From NCBI GenBank assembly GCA_003427395.1, contig BFEA01000010.1, positions 2,497,202 to 2,561,201 of the forward strand: a stretch of DNA of 64,000 nucleotides, given 5' to 3'. The position numbers and the translations under genes were made by a program. The stretch's first letter is position 1. Each line of letters begins with the position of its first letter. Source of the DNA: Chara braunii (lineage: Eukaryota; Plantae; Charophyceae). This document shows positions 37,801 through 50,892 of this stretch, one piece after another. The notes under the pieces were generated by a model. That model was not told the origin of the DNA. It was given only the letters and a program-made list of their open reading frames with translations, and searched no databases.

Positions 37801-40800
37801 CTCAAACCTCTCACAGCAAATCGTGATTCGCGGATGGTGCACCCGCAGGTGTTGGTCCCGCCACTCAGGTATTTGCCTCTTCGTGGGCTAAGCACCCACC
37901 GCTTGCGTGCACGTTGGATTCCCTCGGATCGTGCTTCATGACGGCAGGATGAGGATTTTTACCACCATCCGCCGTCCGGAACACGCTGGAACCCGAACAG
38001 GCCTACAAAAAAAGGTACGTGCTGAAAGTTCTTGACTGTCGTGACGCTCGCCCGTGGGGGTTCTAATAGTTCCCCTCTGCAATGTTGGCTACTGCAGCTC
38101 ATATTGGCACGCACCCCTTCGTTCAAGGTTAACGAAGGCGGCAAGAGAGTCACCGTCCGCCCCCGTTCAGGTGAGAGTGCACGACTCGCCTCCATCCCCT
38201 CAACAATTTCAAGCACTCCTTAATGTTTCTTATGAAGTTCTTTTCATCTTTCTTCGCGGTACTTCTCCGTCGTCGGTCCCAGACCCAGTTTCCGGCCTAG
38301 TCAACAGACTGGTCCTTAAGAAAGAAGACTAAAATAAATTAAAAAAAATAAAAATAAAATCAATAAAATAAAAATAAAATCAATAAAATAAAAATAGTAG
38401 AATTGAAGAGGACAAGGACCTCCCGCCGCCCTCTTGGTCTTGCCAGTCGGACCCCGGCTCGAGCCCGTTTCATAAAACCAAGGGGGATAGTCCCTTAAGA
38501 CCCTCGACCCCTCAGTCTCCGTCGGTCGCGCTCCTTTGCTCCATCGCTGCTGACCTCGAACCCTAAACTTATCGCTTGAAAGTCCAGTATCGTAACCAAT
38601 AGAACTAGGCCCAAGGCTGAACTGAGCAGGCACAAGGTTCCATATAAACTCAGGAGTGTGATCGGCCTTATTAGTTCAAACCAGGCCTTCGCCTTGGCCC
38701 ACGGGCCAGTCTCCCAACTGCCAGATGACGCCCTTCGTGCCTAGGTTCCTAGCCGTCGGGCACCATGGTCGCCGCACATACCACACACATCACTGAAATT
38801 CTCGACTTTCCTCATGCTAAGTCTGACAAAGCCACGCCTTTCAGTGCACCGTCAACATATTCTTCCTGCATACGCACAAGGTAAAGTCTTTATCTTCTTT
38901 ACAACGCACCCCACCAGTGGTCGAGCCTGTTCGCGGAGTAAATTTAGTCTTTATAAAATAAAAGAAAAATATAATCAACAAAAAATTACAGAAGGGAGAG
39001 TAACCGGGCCCTACGGCTTTGGCGCCATTTCGCCAGCCTAGTATTGCCGACGACTAATGGCTATATCACCGTGCAACACAGTAATGCATACCCCATATAC
39101 TCTCTAATTTGGTCGCATTTGACCCGGAATCTCGCCAAGAGCGAGGTTGCCGAGGTAAGCGCCCTGACGGGTCTTACCTCATCGGCGTGTTTCGTCGGTC
39201 AAGGATACACCCAGTGCGACCTTTAAAAAGAACGGCAAATACCCTTGTAAGGCTGTTTGCTACGACAACGCGGTACCTCGGCTCCAGGCAGGGTGTTACC
39301 CCTCTCCATTCGCCCAAAATACCCCATCCCGTTTTGCCGCCCTTGCATACCCCGTTGGTACCGGGATCACCCCGCGCACCCCGCTAGGAGCAAAAGTCAT
39401 TCGTTCGGGCATTCACTTTCATCGGTCCGATAAGAATCAGCCTTTCTCAAACCGTACCAAGCTACTAATCGTCTCCGAGGCTCCCTCCTTGCCTCACACG
39501 CAGTGGTCCCCCTCCGCCAGCCGACAAGCTAAAGTCCCGCCTGAGGAGACGTTTCGCATCCCGCCTATGCAAGGTGCCGAGCCATGCTCGGTCCGCCTGG
39601 GAGAGAGTGCTACTAATCAACCGGCGAAACCAACTCTTGTCTGACAGGTCGGTGGTCCGACCTTCGTACATGAGACCCGGCGACTCTACAATAGAAATGA
39701 CGTTTCACAATCCCGCACCAGCTGGTGCAGACCCATCCCTTCCTTCCGAAAGGCAGGACGCTCAAATCCCCTCACGCAGATCACAAGTCCCAAGTGGGAC
39801 ACATATAGTACAAGTGCCTTTCCCTTGGTGCACCCAACGCTTCTTACCCATAACTCATGGTTTTCTCTCAGGACAGTGAGTGTCACTCCCTTTACTTCCA
39901 TACACAGAGGTTGGTTCCTTTTCGTGAGCGTCTTCAAGGGTGAGCTAGTTTTCTTAGAAGTCTAGCAACTCCCTTCATTCCTTTTATCTTTATTGGTCTG
40001 TCCTTTCATAGGGTAGGATTGTTCCTTCTTGATGACCTCTTGTGTTCATGTAGGTTCCTTCAAGCACCTCAAGTGTATAGTGCATGAGCCCGCTGGGCTC
40101 AGAAGAAGAGAGAAAGGCACCCTTTCGGCTGGATCACTCCGCCGCGGGATTTTGATTGGACCCCGGCCGAAGCCGAAACACCAACCGCCTGCCAGGTAAC
40201 CGGAGCTCTTCTTTCGCAAGAAGAGGAAGGATCGACCTGTGACTTGCCCGAGGCTCCTCCGGACTGGCGAACACCAGCACCGGAGGAGGGGGGCTAGAGC
40301 TACTCCACAAAGGAGTAAGATGATCAAGTGTGTAGCATGCATGTTTTGCCTCTAGGCCTGGCCATGCCATGCGCCCATCCACTCTCATATCTGATTCTCT
40401 CAAAGGGAAAAGCAAACCCAAATCCAATTTTTTTATCTTCGGTTATGTACACGGTCACGCGTAGGGCGCCCTCCCCTTCGGAATCGCAAGAGTCAGTTTA
40501 ACCCCATACCAGGCACCTCGACCATTTTTGTAAGGCCTTACCCTGTTAGACTTTCGAGCCTGAGTTGACCCGCTGCGGGTCCCAGTTGGCTCGGCTCCGC
40601 TCGATCTCATGCTCAGGGCGCGGAGCGTTCGTCACAGGGGCACCCCCACCTAGTGTTTGCGATGGATGGGGTGGACCATTTTGCGAGAGAGCTTCGACAT
40701 TGGGGATGTAGGTCCGCCCTCTCGCCCGATGGTAGACTCGCCAATCTTTTCGTCAAGCGCAGTTTTCTTGATGCTTTGATGTGTTGTCATGCAATAGCTC

Positions 40801-41670
40801 CTTCCAATACACAAACAGTCCAGGGAGTTTACTAAGAGTTTCTCTTCTTTTATGCGTAGGCCAAACGTCATCCTTGAGCCACACATCCATTTACTAAGCG
40901 GAGAGTCCCTATAGCCTCGTCGGGGACGCGACCACCCTCCGGCCAACCTGCACATGATTTTGATTATCACATACATCACGCATGTCCTTTCTTCATCCAG
41001 CTCCCGCATTCTTCTATACACCCCTTAGCCTTTTAGAGGCCCCATCCCGCATACATGCCTCAATTTTTCATTTTTAGTCTAGGCGACCTCCTCGACCGCC
41101 ATTATGTCTTTTGTTACAGCCGACTTTGCTTTACACGAACATGCTCAAGCAACTGTTGAAGGGCAGAGGTTAAGTCCACAACCCGCTTGTTCTTATCCCT
41201 CACTTTCTCTTCGCTGCCCGGCATTCCTGGAACCCAGTCCCTTTCAATGTCTCTTTAATCTACTTACCTGCACATTCAACACAATTTATGCAAGGCATCC
41301 CCCACATGGGGTCAACACTTAATCCCTCCCACAAACCTAAGTTCGTTTTCCTTGGCCCTTTGTGCTTTCCTTTTCCTTCTCTCAATCCAAACCAATTTCT
41401 TCCCGTTGTCATGCAGTCGGGTGATGGTTGAGTCAATCCAACCTTGCTTTAAGTACCAACTTTGTCTAGTCCTTTTTCCGGACTTGGCTTCTCTCAATCG
41501 CTTACGTGTCTTTTCCTTTCCTTCTCGACAACAGAAGAGACTAGCAGTCCCCCCTTTGCCCACTTTCTCCGCCAAGTGGGGACAATTTTTTTTCATCGTT
41601 TGTTGCCTGGCAATGTAACAAGTGCGTGGTGAAGGGTTAGTTATATGCCAAGTGGTGGAAGGGGGAGAGG

Positions 41671-41672
<2 letters not shown>

Positions 41673-41757
<85 letters not shown>

Positions 41758-41822
41758 NNNNNNNNNNNNNNNNNNNNNNNNNNNNNNNNNNNNNNNNNNN
41801 NNNNNNNNNNNNNNNNNNNNNN

Positions 41823-41912
<90 letters not shown>
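41673..41912. repeat. (GA)n microsatellite; degenerate (CT)n counterpart at 59025-59205
   Basis: Direct observation. Confidence 0.95.
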
Positions 41913-41915
<3 letters not shown>

Positions 41916-42039
41916 ACTTCTACTCCTAATCAATTCATCCCCTATTTATCCCCACCACCGTACCTAAGGTTCTCTCTCTTTGCCTTGCTTCTTTGCGCCC
42001 CCTTGGTCATATGACCCTTTGGTTGGTGAGTGGGGTGAA

Positions 42040-45000
42040 GAGGGACGCGGATGTAAGGTGGTTGGGCATGAGGGATGGTTGGAGAAGATGGAGGAGGGAG
42101 ACGACGTGAGGTGGCCGGCTATGGCGGATGGGTGAAGGAGATGGGCGAGAGAGATGGCGTGAGGTGATTGACTATGGTGGATGGGTGAAGAAGATGGAGG
42201 AGGGAGGTGACGCCCAACCTCACGCCCAGCACGACTTCCTGTTTCGGAGTGTTAGTGGGCTAGGAAAGTGGGGGTGGAGTCGAGGTCGGAACTTGAATCT
42301 CCGGCGTCAAGGTTCAGGGGTAGGGGTGCAAGTGTCTCGTTTTAGCTGAGAATCGGGGCGCTCATCGATCTCGCGGTCTGGACAGGGGACGTATATGATG
42401 TACAGGCGGAATGATATAAGTATCTCTCTGAGAGCGCATGTACCGTCGTCGGCCAATACACGTCTCGGAATCCGATGTGGACGGTCGTAGTCGGAGACTG
42501 TTTCCGAAGCTCTGCTTCGAAGCGGGTTCGTCAGATGAACCCTGCTTCACGATACTCGTTGTATTGCTGGCACTCCGGGCACGACGTGCGGGGCCAGTAA
42601 CGAGCTATGGAGTCCCACGGAACAACCGTTAGGTGATGATACGGGAGAAGGATATAATCGGGAGGAAAACGGGTAGTAATTGCGACGAAGTCTGGGTTAG
42701 ATAATACTGTCTATTGTGGGTGTCGGGATAGTCCGGAATCCGAGAATCCTGGTTTACGGCCCACTGGAAATCGTCCCCACACAGTCGATCATTCTCAGTC
42801 TGACAAGGGTAGTCAGGATTCCGTCAGTTTCGTCGTTGCCTAAGTTTTTCCCTATCCCAATACGTTCCATACTCTGAGTTCCTTACGCTCTCGTGGTCGG
42901 TGACCCAGAAGGGAGTTTCCACCGCCATATCCTACTCAATGAACTTTAATTACGTCCATTTTCTGACGAAGCGATATCGCAGTTGGGCTTATGCAGACGT
43001 GCGTGTATATTGCAGACTCCTCTGTCGGACTTGCTGTCATACATGGCGCTTGCGCAAGTCGATTGCTCCGATCCTATCTTGTCGCGTGGATAGGTCGGGG
43101 ACAGGCGCTTCTGTCCATGCGTCGGTCTATTCCGGAGGCATGCAATTATTCTCCTCATGCAACCATCATCATTCCAAGTGAGATTCAATCATTACATACA
43201 TATCCATACCATTATGCAACAAGGAAGTGATTGCCCAACATCAAAGACCAATACATCAGATCATTTCTACAATCATGCGTGAACTAAGCGCAAGTAGGCA
43301 AGCAAAACATGCGCGCCGAGCGTATCCGGCCAGGTCCGGGGGAACCGAAACCTCGCAGATCGTTGTGCAAGAACCGTAGATGGGTACTAGAAAGTGACGA
43401 AATTTGAATCAAGCTAACGCTATTGAACAAAACAAAAATGGAAATCAGAAAAAACTCGAGAAAGGAGACACGAGTTCGTTCATCAGCATGCATATATATC
43501 TATATACGAAACAGAAAATCCGAGATGATTTACAAAGAAATCCGAAATTATCGCAACAAAATTGGCCAACGTTGGAGTCAAAATTTCACAGAAGGTGGGA
43601 AGAAAGACATTGTTCCACCATATCCTCGTTCTTCTCTCTCCCTCTCTCTCTCTCTCTGCACTTTTCCGGTGTGGGCAGTCGGTCGCCCCGCACCTCCAAA
43701 CCATACATAGTCGTCACCCCACTTAGCCTGAGCATGCAAGCTAGACTCACCCGCGTGCCACAGTCCTTCGCGGCCACGCGTCAACCCCACATACTCAGCA
43801 CCAGCTCGTCGGATCGCCCGACTCTCTACTCACCGTCTCTCTTCTCGTTAGCCAATCCTCTCGACCCCGCTAACTCCCAAGTAGATTAGAGAGCCAATTA
43901 ATCGCGCTTGCAGAATTTATAATTTGTGCATCAGCGCGCAATAATTGGGATTGCCAGAGAGGAATAGGGGAAAGGAAGGAGGCAGTGAGTACGGCTGTAT
44001 GGCTAGGCCGCGGCGTGGGGGACATAGCCTTACTTCACGCTTCGATACAGCCATGCACCGATCTGGCCAATGAAATAGAAGGGAGAGTGCACGCAGCAAC
44101 GCGGGAAAGAATATCAAGAAAGGGGAGATTACAACTGCGTAGGCAAAGAAAGAGCAAGAAGAGATTACACTTGAGATTTTGAATTTAGGCGTGGCGGGAA
44201 CAAAGCGCAGATCCACGTGCAACAAACCGCGCGCAAGCAGGAAGCGATGTGCAGTTACAGGCAAAAATTACCAGGCACCCAATTTCCTAATCTAATTAAG
44301 GTCCTAATTGCAAAAAGAAATTTCGCGAACCCGCGCGGGCTCATCCCCAATTCAAAAATTCCGACGGAATTCCCCACGCGATTGCCACGCCAAAAAAGAC
44401 GGACTTCTGCTGAAACATAAAGAAAAGAAAGAAAATAAAAGAGAAGGACATAGCAGACATTGTTCCCCTCCGCTCACTAAGGCGCGGGCCAACTACCCCG
44501 AAGTTCACAACCCCCGCCTTCCTTTTGTCGAGGGACCAAGAACGTCGAAAAACTAAGAAGGAGGGACTGTCGTGCAATTTATCCCTGATCCTTTTTATGT
44601 ACCCCCTCCCCACCCCAATACCGGTTGCGCAGAAGATGGCGCTTAACAAAAAAATTGCTCGTCACAAGGTGGAGCGAGTTGGATGGCTATGGTGGATGGG
44701 CGAAGGAGATGGAGGAGGGAGGTGGTGCGAGGAGGATGGCTATGGTGGATAGGTGAAAAAAACGGAGGACGGAGATGGCGTGAGGTGGATGGCTAAGATG
44801 GATAGGTGCAAAAGATGGAGGGGGGAGATGGTGTGAGGTGGATGGTTATGGTGGATGGTTATGGTGGATGGGTGAAGGAGATGGAGGAGGGAGATGGTGC
44901 GAGGTGGATGACTATGGTGAATGATGAAGGAGATGGAGGGGGGAGATGCTGCGAGGTGGATGGCTNNNNNNNNNNNNNNNNNNNNNNNNNNNNNNNNNNN

Positions 45001-45357
45001 NNNNNNNNNNNNNNNNNNNNNNNNNNNNNNNNNNNNNNNNNNNNNNNNNNNNNNNNNNNNNNNNNNNNNNNNNNNNNNNNATGGAGGAGGGAATTGGTGC
45101 GAGGTGGATGGGTGAGGCGGATGGCTATGGTGGATGGTGAAGGAGATGGAGGAGGGAGATGGTGCGAGGTGGATGGCTATGGTGGATGGACGAGGTGGAT
45201 GGTTATGGTGGATGGTGAAGAAGATGAAGGAGGGAGATGGTGCGAGGTGGATGGCTATGGTGGATGGGTAAAGAAGGCGGAGGAGGGAGATGGTGTGAGG
45301 TGGATGGCTAAAACGGATGGGAGAAGAGGATGGAAAAGGGAGATGGTGCGAGGTGGC
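42040..45357. repeat. GGATGG/GGAGATGG-rich ~50-bp minisatellite split by an insertion
   Basis: Same unit at 42040-42205 and 44667-45357. Confidence 0.8.
42206..44666. mobile_element. 2.46-kb solo-LTR-like insertion
   Basis: Interrupts the minisatellite; inverted ends GTGACG...CGTCACA; no convincing TSD or ORF. Confidence 0.5.
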
Positions 45358-46164
45358 CGATCCCTCGTCCTACTTCATGCGCCCGACTTCGTCCCTAGAT
45401 CTTCCCTTGACCCGGATTTCAAAAACTTAAGACTCGCAGTACTAGCCTACAGCAGATATGCAGAAAACACAGACTATGCACAAAAACATAGATTTCAGGA
45501 AACGCAGTCTTTGCAGATCTGCAGATCCGCAGATCTGGAGATTTTGTCGTTTTTTTCATTTTTGCCTATGGAGGAGAGCCAAAAAACACAGGCTTGCATT
45601 TTGTAACCTAAACGAAGTCAGAATCAGTCTAATTTTGGTGAGCTCACTGTCTGTGCCATATGGAAGCATCCCACCAAATCTGGTTGGATTTTGTTATCAA
45701 TTGCCGATACTTGTCGTTTTCGTGCGTTGTCCGGGCCTCAAGGCGAACAATTCGGTGAAGTCCATTTTCCGCTTTTGCAGGAAAATGGACTCAGATGACC
45801 TGCTGGTTCTGCAAGTCATCTGTTTATGCCTAGGATATTAGGTCTGAAAAGTCCCAGCCCCCATGTCCTTGGTTTAACGGGACTCGGTCAAAGTGCCCCC
45901 CGGCCGCATTGGCCTCTTAGTCCCATTTTTGGGCCCGCCCGTACTCAGGAGGTTGGCCGTCGGTTTTTCAGCAGCAGCAGCTGCAGCAAGGGACTTGGTC
46001 AGTCATCATCAGCAGCAGTAAACATTGTTGTGCACAGCAACAACAACAATCAACAGTCCTGCTAAATAAATAATCATTCTCCTTACCCCTACTTGCCTCG
46101 TTCGATTAGAACATAGGGGTCCTGCTAGGCCATGTGTATGTGAAGTCGGTTAAATCGGTCTAAC

Positions 46165-48015
46165 ACCAAGTGTGTGAGATGGATAAGACAAGAGTAAGAC
46201 TAGTGAGAACACAAGCATGTGAGCAGTGGAACAACCAAGTATGAATCAGACAATCACCAAATGCATGAACTTGACAAGGTGCGAGTATGACTAGAGAGAA
46301 CACATGCACATAAGTAGTGAAACAGATGAATCGGACAATCACTAAATGCATAAACTTGACAAAGTCAGAGTGTGGAACAACCAAGTATGAATCGGACATC
46401 ACCAAGTGCATGAACTTGACAAAATGAGAGTGTGACTGGTGATAACACATGCACATGAGTAGTGGAACAACCAATTGTGAATCGGACATCACCAAGTGCA
46501 TGAACTTGACAAAATGAGAGTGTGACTAGTGAGAACACATCCACATGAGTAGTGGAACAACCAAGTGTGAATCGCACATCACCAAGTGCATGAACTTGAC
46601 AAAATGAGAGTGTGACTAGTGGGAAAACATGCACATGAGTAGTGAAACAGATAAGTATGAATCGGACTATCACCAAGTGCATGAACTTAACAAAATTGAG
46701 AGTGTGACTAGAGGGGACACATGCACATGAGTAGTGTGACAACCAATTGTGAATCGGAGATCACCAAATGCATGAACTTGACAAAGTGAGAGTGTGACTA
46801 GAGAGAACACATGCACATGACTAGTTGAACAGCCAAGTATGAATCGGACAATCACCAAATGCATAAACTTGACAAAATGAGAGTGTGACTAGTGGGAACA
46901 CATGCACATGAGTAGTGGAACAACTAAGTATGAATCGGACTATCATCAAGTGAGGGATGGGTTACACCTGTGAGTGAGACTTGCTCAAAAACATGCATGG
47001 GGCTTATGTAAGCAACCAAGAATGAAACGGAACATCATCATGTGATAGATGAGCCACACATGTGAGTGAGACTTGCTCAAACATATGCATGGGGCTCATG
47101 TAAGCAACCAAGATTGAAACGGAACATCGTCATGTGAGAGATGAGTCACACATGTGAGTGAGACTTGCTCAAACACATGCATGGGGCTCATGTAAGCAAC
47201 CAAGATTGAAACGGAACATCATCATGCGAGAACTGAGTCACACATGTTAGTGAGACTTGCTCAAACACATGCATGGGGCTCATGTAAGCAACCAAGATTC
47301 TACCTGAATATCATCATGTGAGGAATGAGCCACATATTTGAGTGAGACTTGCCCAAACACGTGCATGAAACTCACGTAACCAACCAAAAATGAAACGGAG
47401 CATCATCATATCAGAGATGAGTCACACACGTGATGAGACTTGCTCAAACACACGCACGAAGTTCATGTAACCAACCAAGAATGAAACAGAACATCATCAT
47501 GTGAGAGGACTTAGCTAAGTATGTGAAAAGAGTCATCAAAGCACTATCATAACTGAAAAACAAAGTTGCGATTTGTTCCAAAGTGAGGAAATGGAGAGGA
47601 AGTGATAGATCAATGAAATGCATGAAATCACAAGGTGGGAATTGGCGATTCACCTGGGGGTGAAGAAATAGACTAAACAAGAGTGAAATCATCATCAAAA
47701 CACTAGATCAAGCATAAACAAGAGTTCCGATTTGCTTCAAAGTGAGAAAATTGAGATAAAGTGAGGGACGAGTGAGTAAAAACTCACTCAAATGCATGAA
47801 ATCACAAGGTGGGAAGTGCCGATTCACATGGGAGTGTAGAAATGGACTAAACAAGAGTGAAATCATCATCAAAACACTAGATCAAGCATAAACAAGAGTT
47901 GCGATTTGCTCCTAAGCGAAGAAATGGAAAGAAGGTGAGAGGAAAGTGAGTAAAATTCACTCTAATGCATAAAATCACAAGATGGAAAGTGGCGATTCAC
48001 ATGGGAGTGAAAAAT
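46165..48015 (-). repeat. Left-copy satellite block: ~91-bp (~9x), ~92-bp (~6x), ~172-bp (~3x) arrays
   Basis: Reverse complement of the units at 54325-58810. Confidence 0.9.
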
Positions 48016-48139
48016 GAGCCCATGGGGAGACCATTACTAGGGAAAAAAACTTTCTACCATCTACTTTAAGCTTTGGATGGTTCCTGTGGAGATAGAGATG
48101 ATGAAGAAAGAGGGAAAGACAATGTAGATGAGAGACCAT

Positions 48140-48548
48140 TAATGGGGTAGGAGAAGGAAGACGAGAGGAAAAAGATGAAAAAGAAGAGGAGGAGGAAAAA
48201 AAAGAAGCAGACGAAGAAGAAGAAGGAANNNNNNNNNNNNNNNNNNNNNNNNNNNNNNNNNNNNNNNNNNNNNNNNNNNNNNNNNNNNNNNNNNNNNNNN
48301 NNNNNNNNNNNNNNNNNNAAAAAAAAAAAAAAAAAAAAAAAAAAAATGATATGAAAAAGAAGAAGAAAAAGTAGAAGAAGAGGAGGAAGAAGAAGGAGAA
48401 GAACTAAAAAAAGAAGAAGATGAAGAAGAAGAAGAACAAGAACAAGAACAAGAAGAACAAGAACAAGAACAAGAAAAAGAAAAAGAAGAAGAAAACAAAA
48501 AGAAAAACAAGAACAAGAAGAAGTAGAAGAAGAAAAAGGAGAAAAAAA
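48140..48548. repeat. Purine-rich (GAA)/(GAACAA) tract; shorter (CTT)n counterpart at 54118-54195
   Basis: Direct observation. Confidence 0.9.
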
Positions 48549-50611
48549 GTCTTCTTCTTTCCACTCACTTCCTTAGTATCTTGGAGTTGGAGCACCAATC
48601 TTGATGAAACCCCCTCCTTCCTTGCACAAGTGTCACCTTAGCTATGGCTTTCTCCTTCCTCAAGCCCCTCTTCTCCTTTCTCTCTCAACCTCTCCCAAAC
48701 TATTGCAAGCTTCTTCCACTATGGCTATGGAGTCCTCCCCTCTAGGAGGGCTAATGGGGCTCCCTCTAGCCTCTTCTCCTTCCTCACAGCCTGGGGGCTA
48801 TGGCGGATCACCTTCCCAGGCCAGCCTCATTACCACTACCTTCTAGAGTTCCCCACACTAGTGCATAATCTTCTCTAAACTCTCAAACTGGCAGGGGTTC
48901 CCTTCTCCTCTCTCCAAGTGAGAGAAGTGCTCTTATAAGTTCACTTAGGCAACATGGGCACTCCTCATGCAAATGTGAGTATGGCGGACTGAATCCTCAA
49001 CTTATGTAGGCTGAAACCAGCACTCCGGCTAGCCCATGGGCCTCCCCTTGTACCTTGAGGTGAACCGAGGTACCCCCAAGACAAAAATCCACCACTAGAC
49101 CCTTTCAGCGGTACCTAGGCCTTATTTTGGCCAAATACATGCAGTCCGAGTGGTTTGTACCAACTCTTATTGCCTCTTGGCCTCCTTCAGCCTCTTTTTT
49201 TATTTTCAAAATGTTGCCCCCTTAAGTCCAAATGCCCAAGGGGCAAGGGGCAGCCCCACTTAAGAGAAAACGGCCTAATGGACCTTTTTCTCGATTTTTT
49301 CAGTTTCTACCCTATTTTTGGTATGCCGAGGTTTTTTCTCCATGCGTCGGTGCTATCTTAGCATTGGATCTGGTTGAGATCCGAGGCCAATAATATCCCG
49401 TGCCATCCCCAAGAACTCATTGCTTCAAATTTGCGCCTCTAAGCTCACTTTTTCAATTTTTGGTGCATTTGGCCCTCCGTATGGTAGTGTGAGGTGAAAT
49501 TGAGAGAAGAATATAGCTTTAAAAAAAAAAAAAAAAATGCACAATTTTGTCATTGTCTCTCTTTTGTTTCTTTCCATTTTGGGCTGCCAACAAATTTTGG
49601 AGTTGGCTGTTTGAGTAGGTCTTCCAAAAAATGACCATATTCCCTCCTCCATAGATCTAAATCTCAAATCCATGGCCCAAAAGAAAACCGGTCATTTTCC
49701 CTTTGCATTTTTTCTCAATTTTCTTTTTTTTGAATTCAAATTTTTCAGACATATTGCCCCAAGGGTCATATCTCTGCAATCCGGATTGTCCTCCACTAAA
49801 TGTGGAAGGATGAGATCACAGTAGGGACCTTCCAGTCCCTGTTGTGCCTGTCCCGATAGGCCGGCACATTCTCCTTCATTCTTTTCTCCCCCTTTGTATC
49901 ATTCTCCCTCCATTTTCTCCCCATTTTTTTCTTTTCTTTTATTTCTGATGTGACAAGTGTCATGTGGCTGTTGAGTCTTTTTCTATACAATGGATCTTCA
50001 TTCATGGCCAAATTCAGACTCGGCAGTTGCCCATTGTTGGGACCTGTGGGTCCCGAATAATATCCTGGCACTCGAGAGTCTGTATATAACCAAGTTATGC
50101 ACGACAGAGAAATTTGGAGTAACGAGACAAGAGAGAGAAAAGACAAAGGACTAAGAAAGGACCGCTGGGAGGAATGATGCCCTGGGTTGAGAACCGCAAG
50201 GAAAAAGAACCAGCGACGACAAGCAAGTAAGGGTCAGAACATAGGCGCATAGGAGCATAGCATGAGGCCAGGAGGGTCATTGGAATTCGGCATGACAAAG
50301 GCCAAGGGCCCATTAACTTTGCAAATGCGACACGACGAACGACAAGAGAATAGGGAAGCCAATAGGTTGACGATCCCGGTGGTCGTGGGACGTTAGAAAA
50401 TAAGGGCCCAACAAGGGAGCCGCCTGCGGCAATTAACGGAAACCACGGATTTTGAGGCCCCGCGGCCGGAGAAACCGGCGTGCGCAAGGCCCAAGAAGAG
50501 ACAAGGGAAAAGGGTCACTAGAGGGCGGTAGACGCCAAAGGAACATGAGACACCTTGAGGGAGGGCACCGAGAACCACGTGAGATTAAGTTAGAATAATG
50601 GTATCCGGAAT

Positions 50612-50892
50612 AAGTGTCAGGGACCACCGACGGGACAAAGCGTCGAGGACCACCGACGGGACGAAGTGTCGAGGACCACTGATGGGACAAGTGTCGGGGA
50701 CCACCGACGGGACGAAGTGTCAGGGACCACCGACGGGACGAGTGAAGAGGACCACCGACGGGACAAGTGAAGGGGACCACTGATGGGACAAAGCGTCGGG
50801 GACCACCGACGGGACAAGTGTCGGGGACCACCGACGAGACNAAGTGTCGGGGACCGCCGACGGGACAAGTGTCAGGGACCACCGACGGGATA
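50612..50892. repeat. 25-26-bp tandem repeat, about 11 copies
   Basis: AAGTGTCGGGGACCACCGACGGGAC units with no unique spacers. Confidence 0.92.

Larger units (their letters stand above)
30137..39267. mobile_element. 9.1-kb non-coding insertion with TGTCG...CGACA termini (giant solo-LTR-like)
   Basis: Absent from the right arm (empty site ~61560-61572); flanks GCGC/ACGC; both ends homologous to the ends of 55717-56163. Confidence 0.75.
27000..50035 (-). mobile_element. Left copy of the giant satellite- and ORF-bearing element (with nested insertions 30137-39267 and ~41942-46164)
   Basis: Reverse complement colinear with 52700-63665 once the insertions are removed. Confidence 0.8.

Noticed and set aside
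50612-50892. CRISPR-like short palindromic repeats (also the 66-bp and 35-bp arrays)
   Set aside because: Head-to-tail units without unique spacers, no cas genes, eukaryotic context
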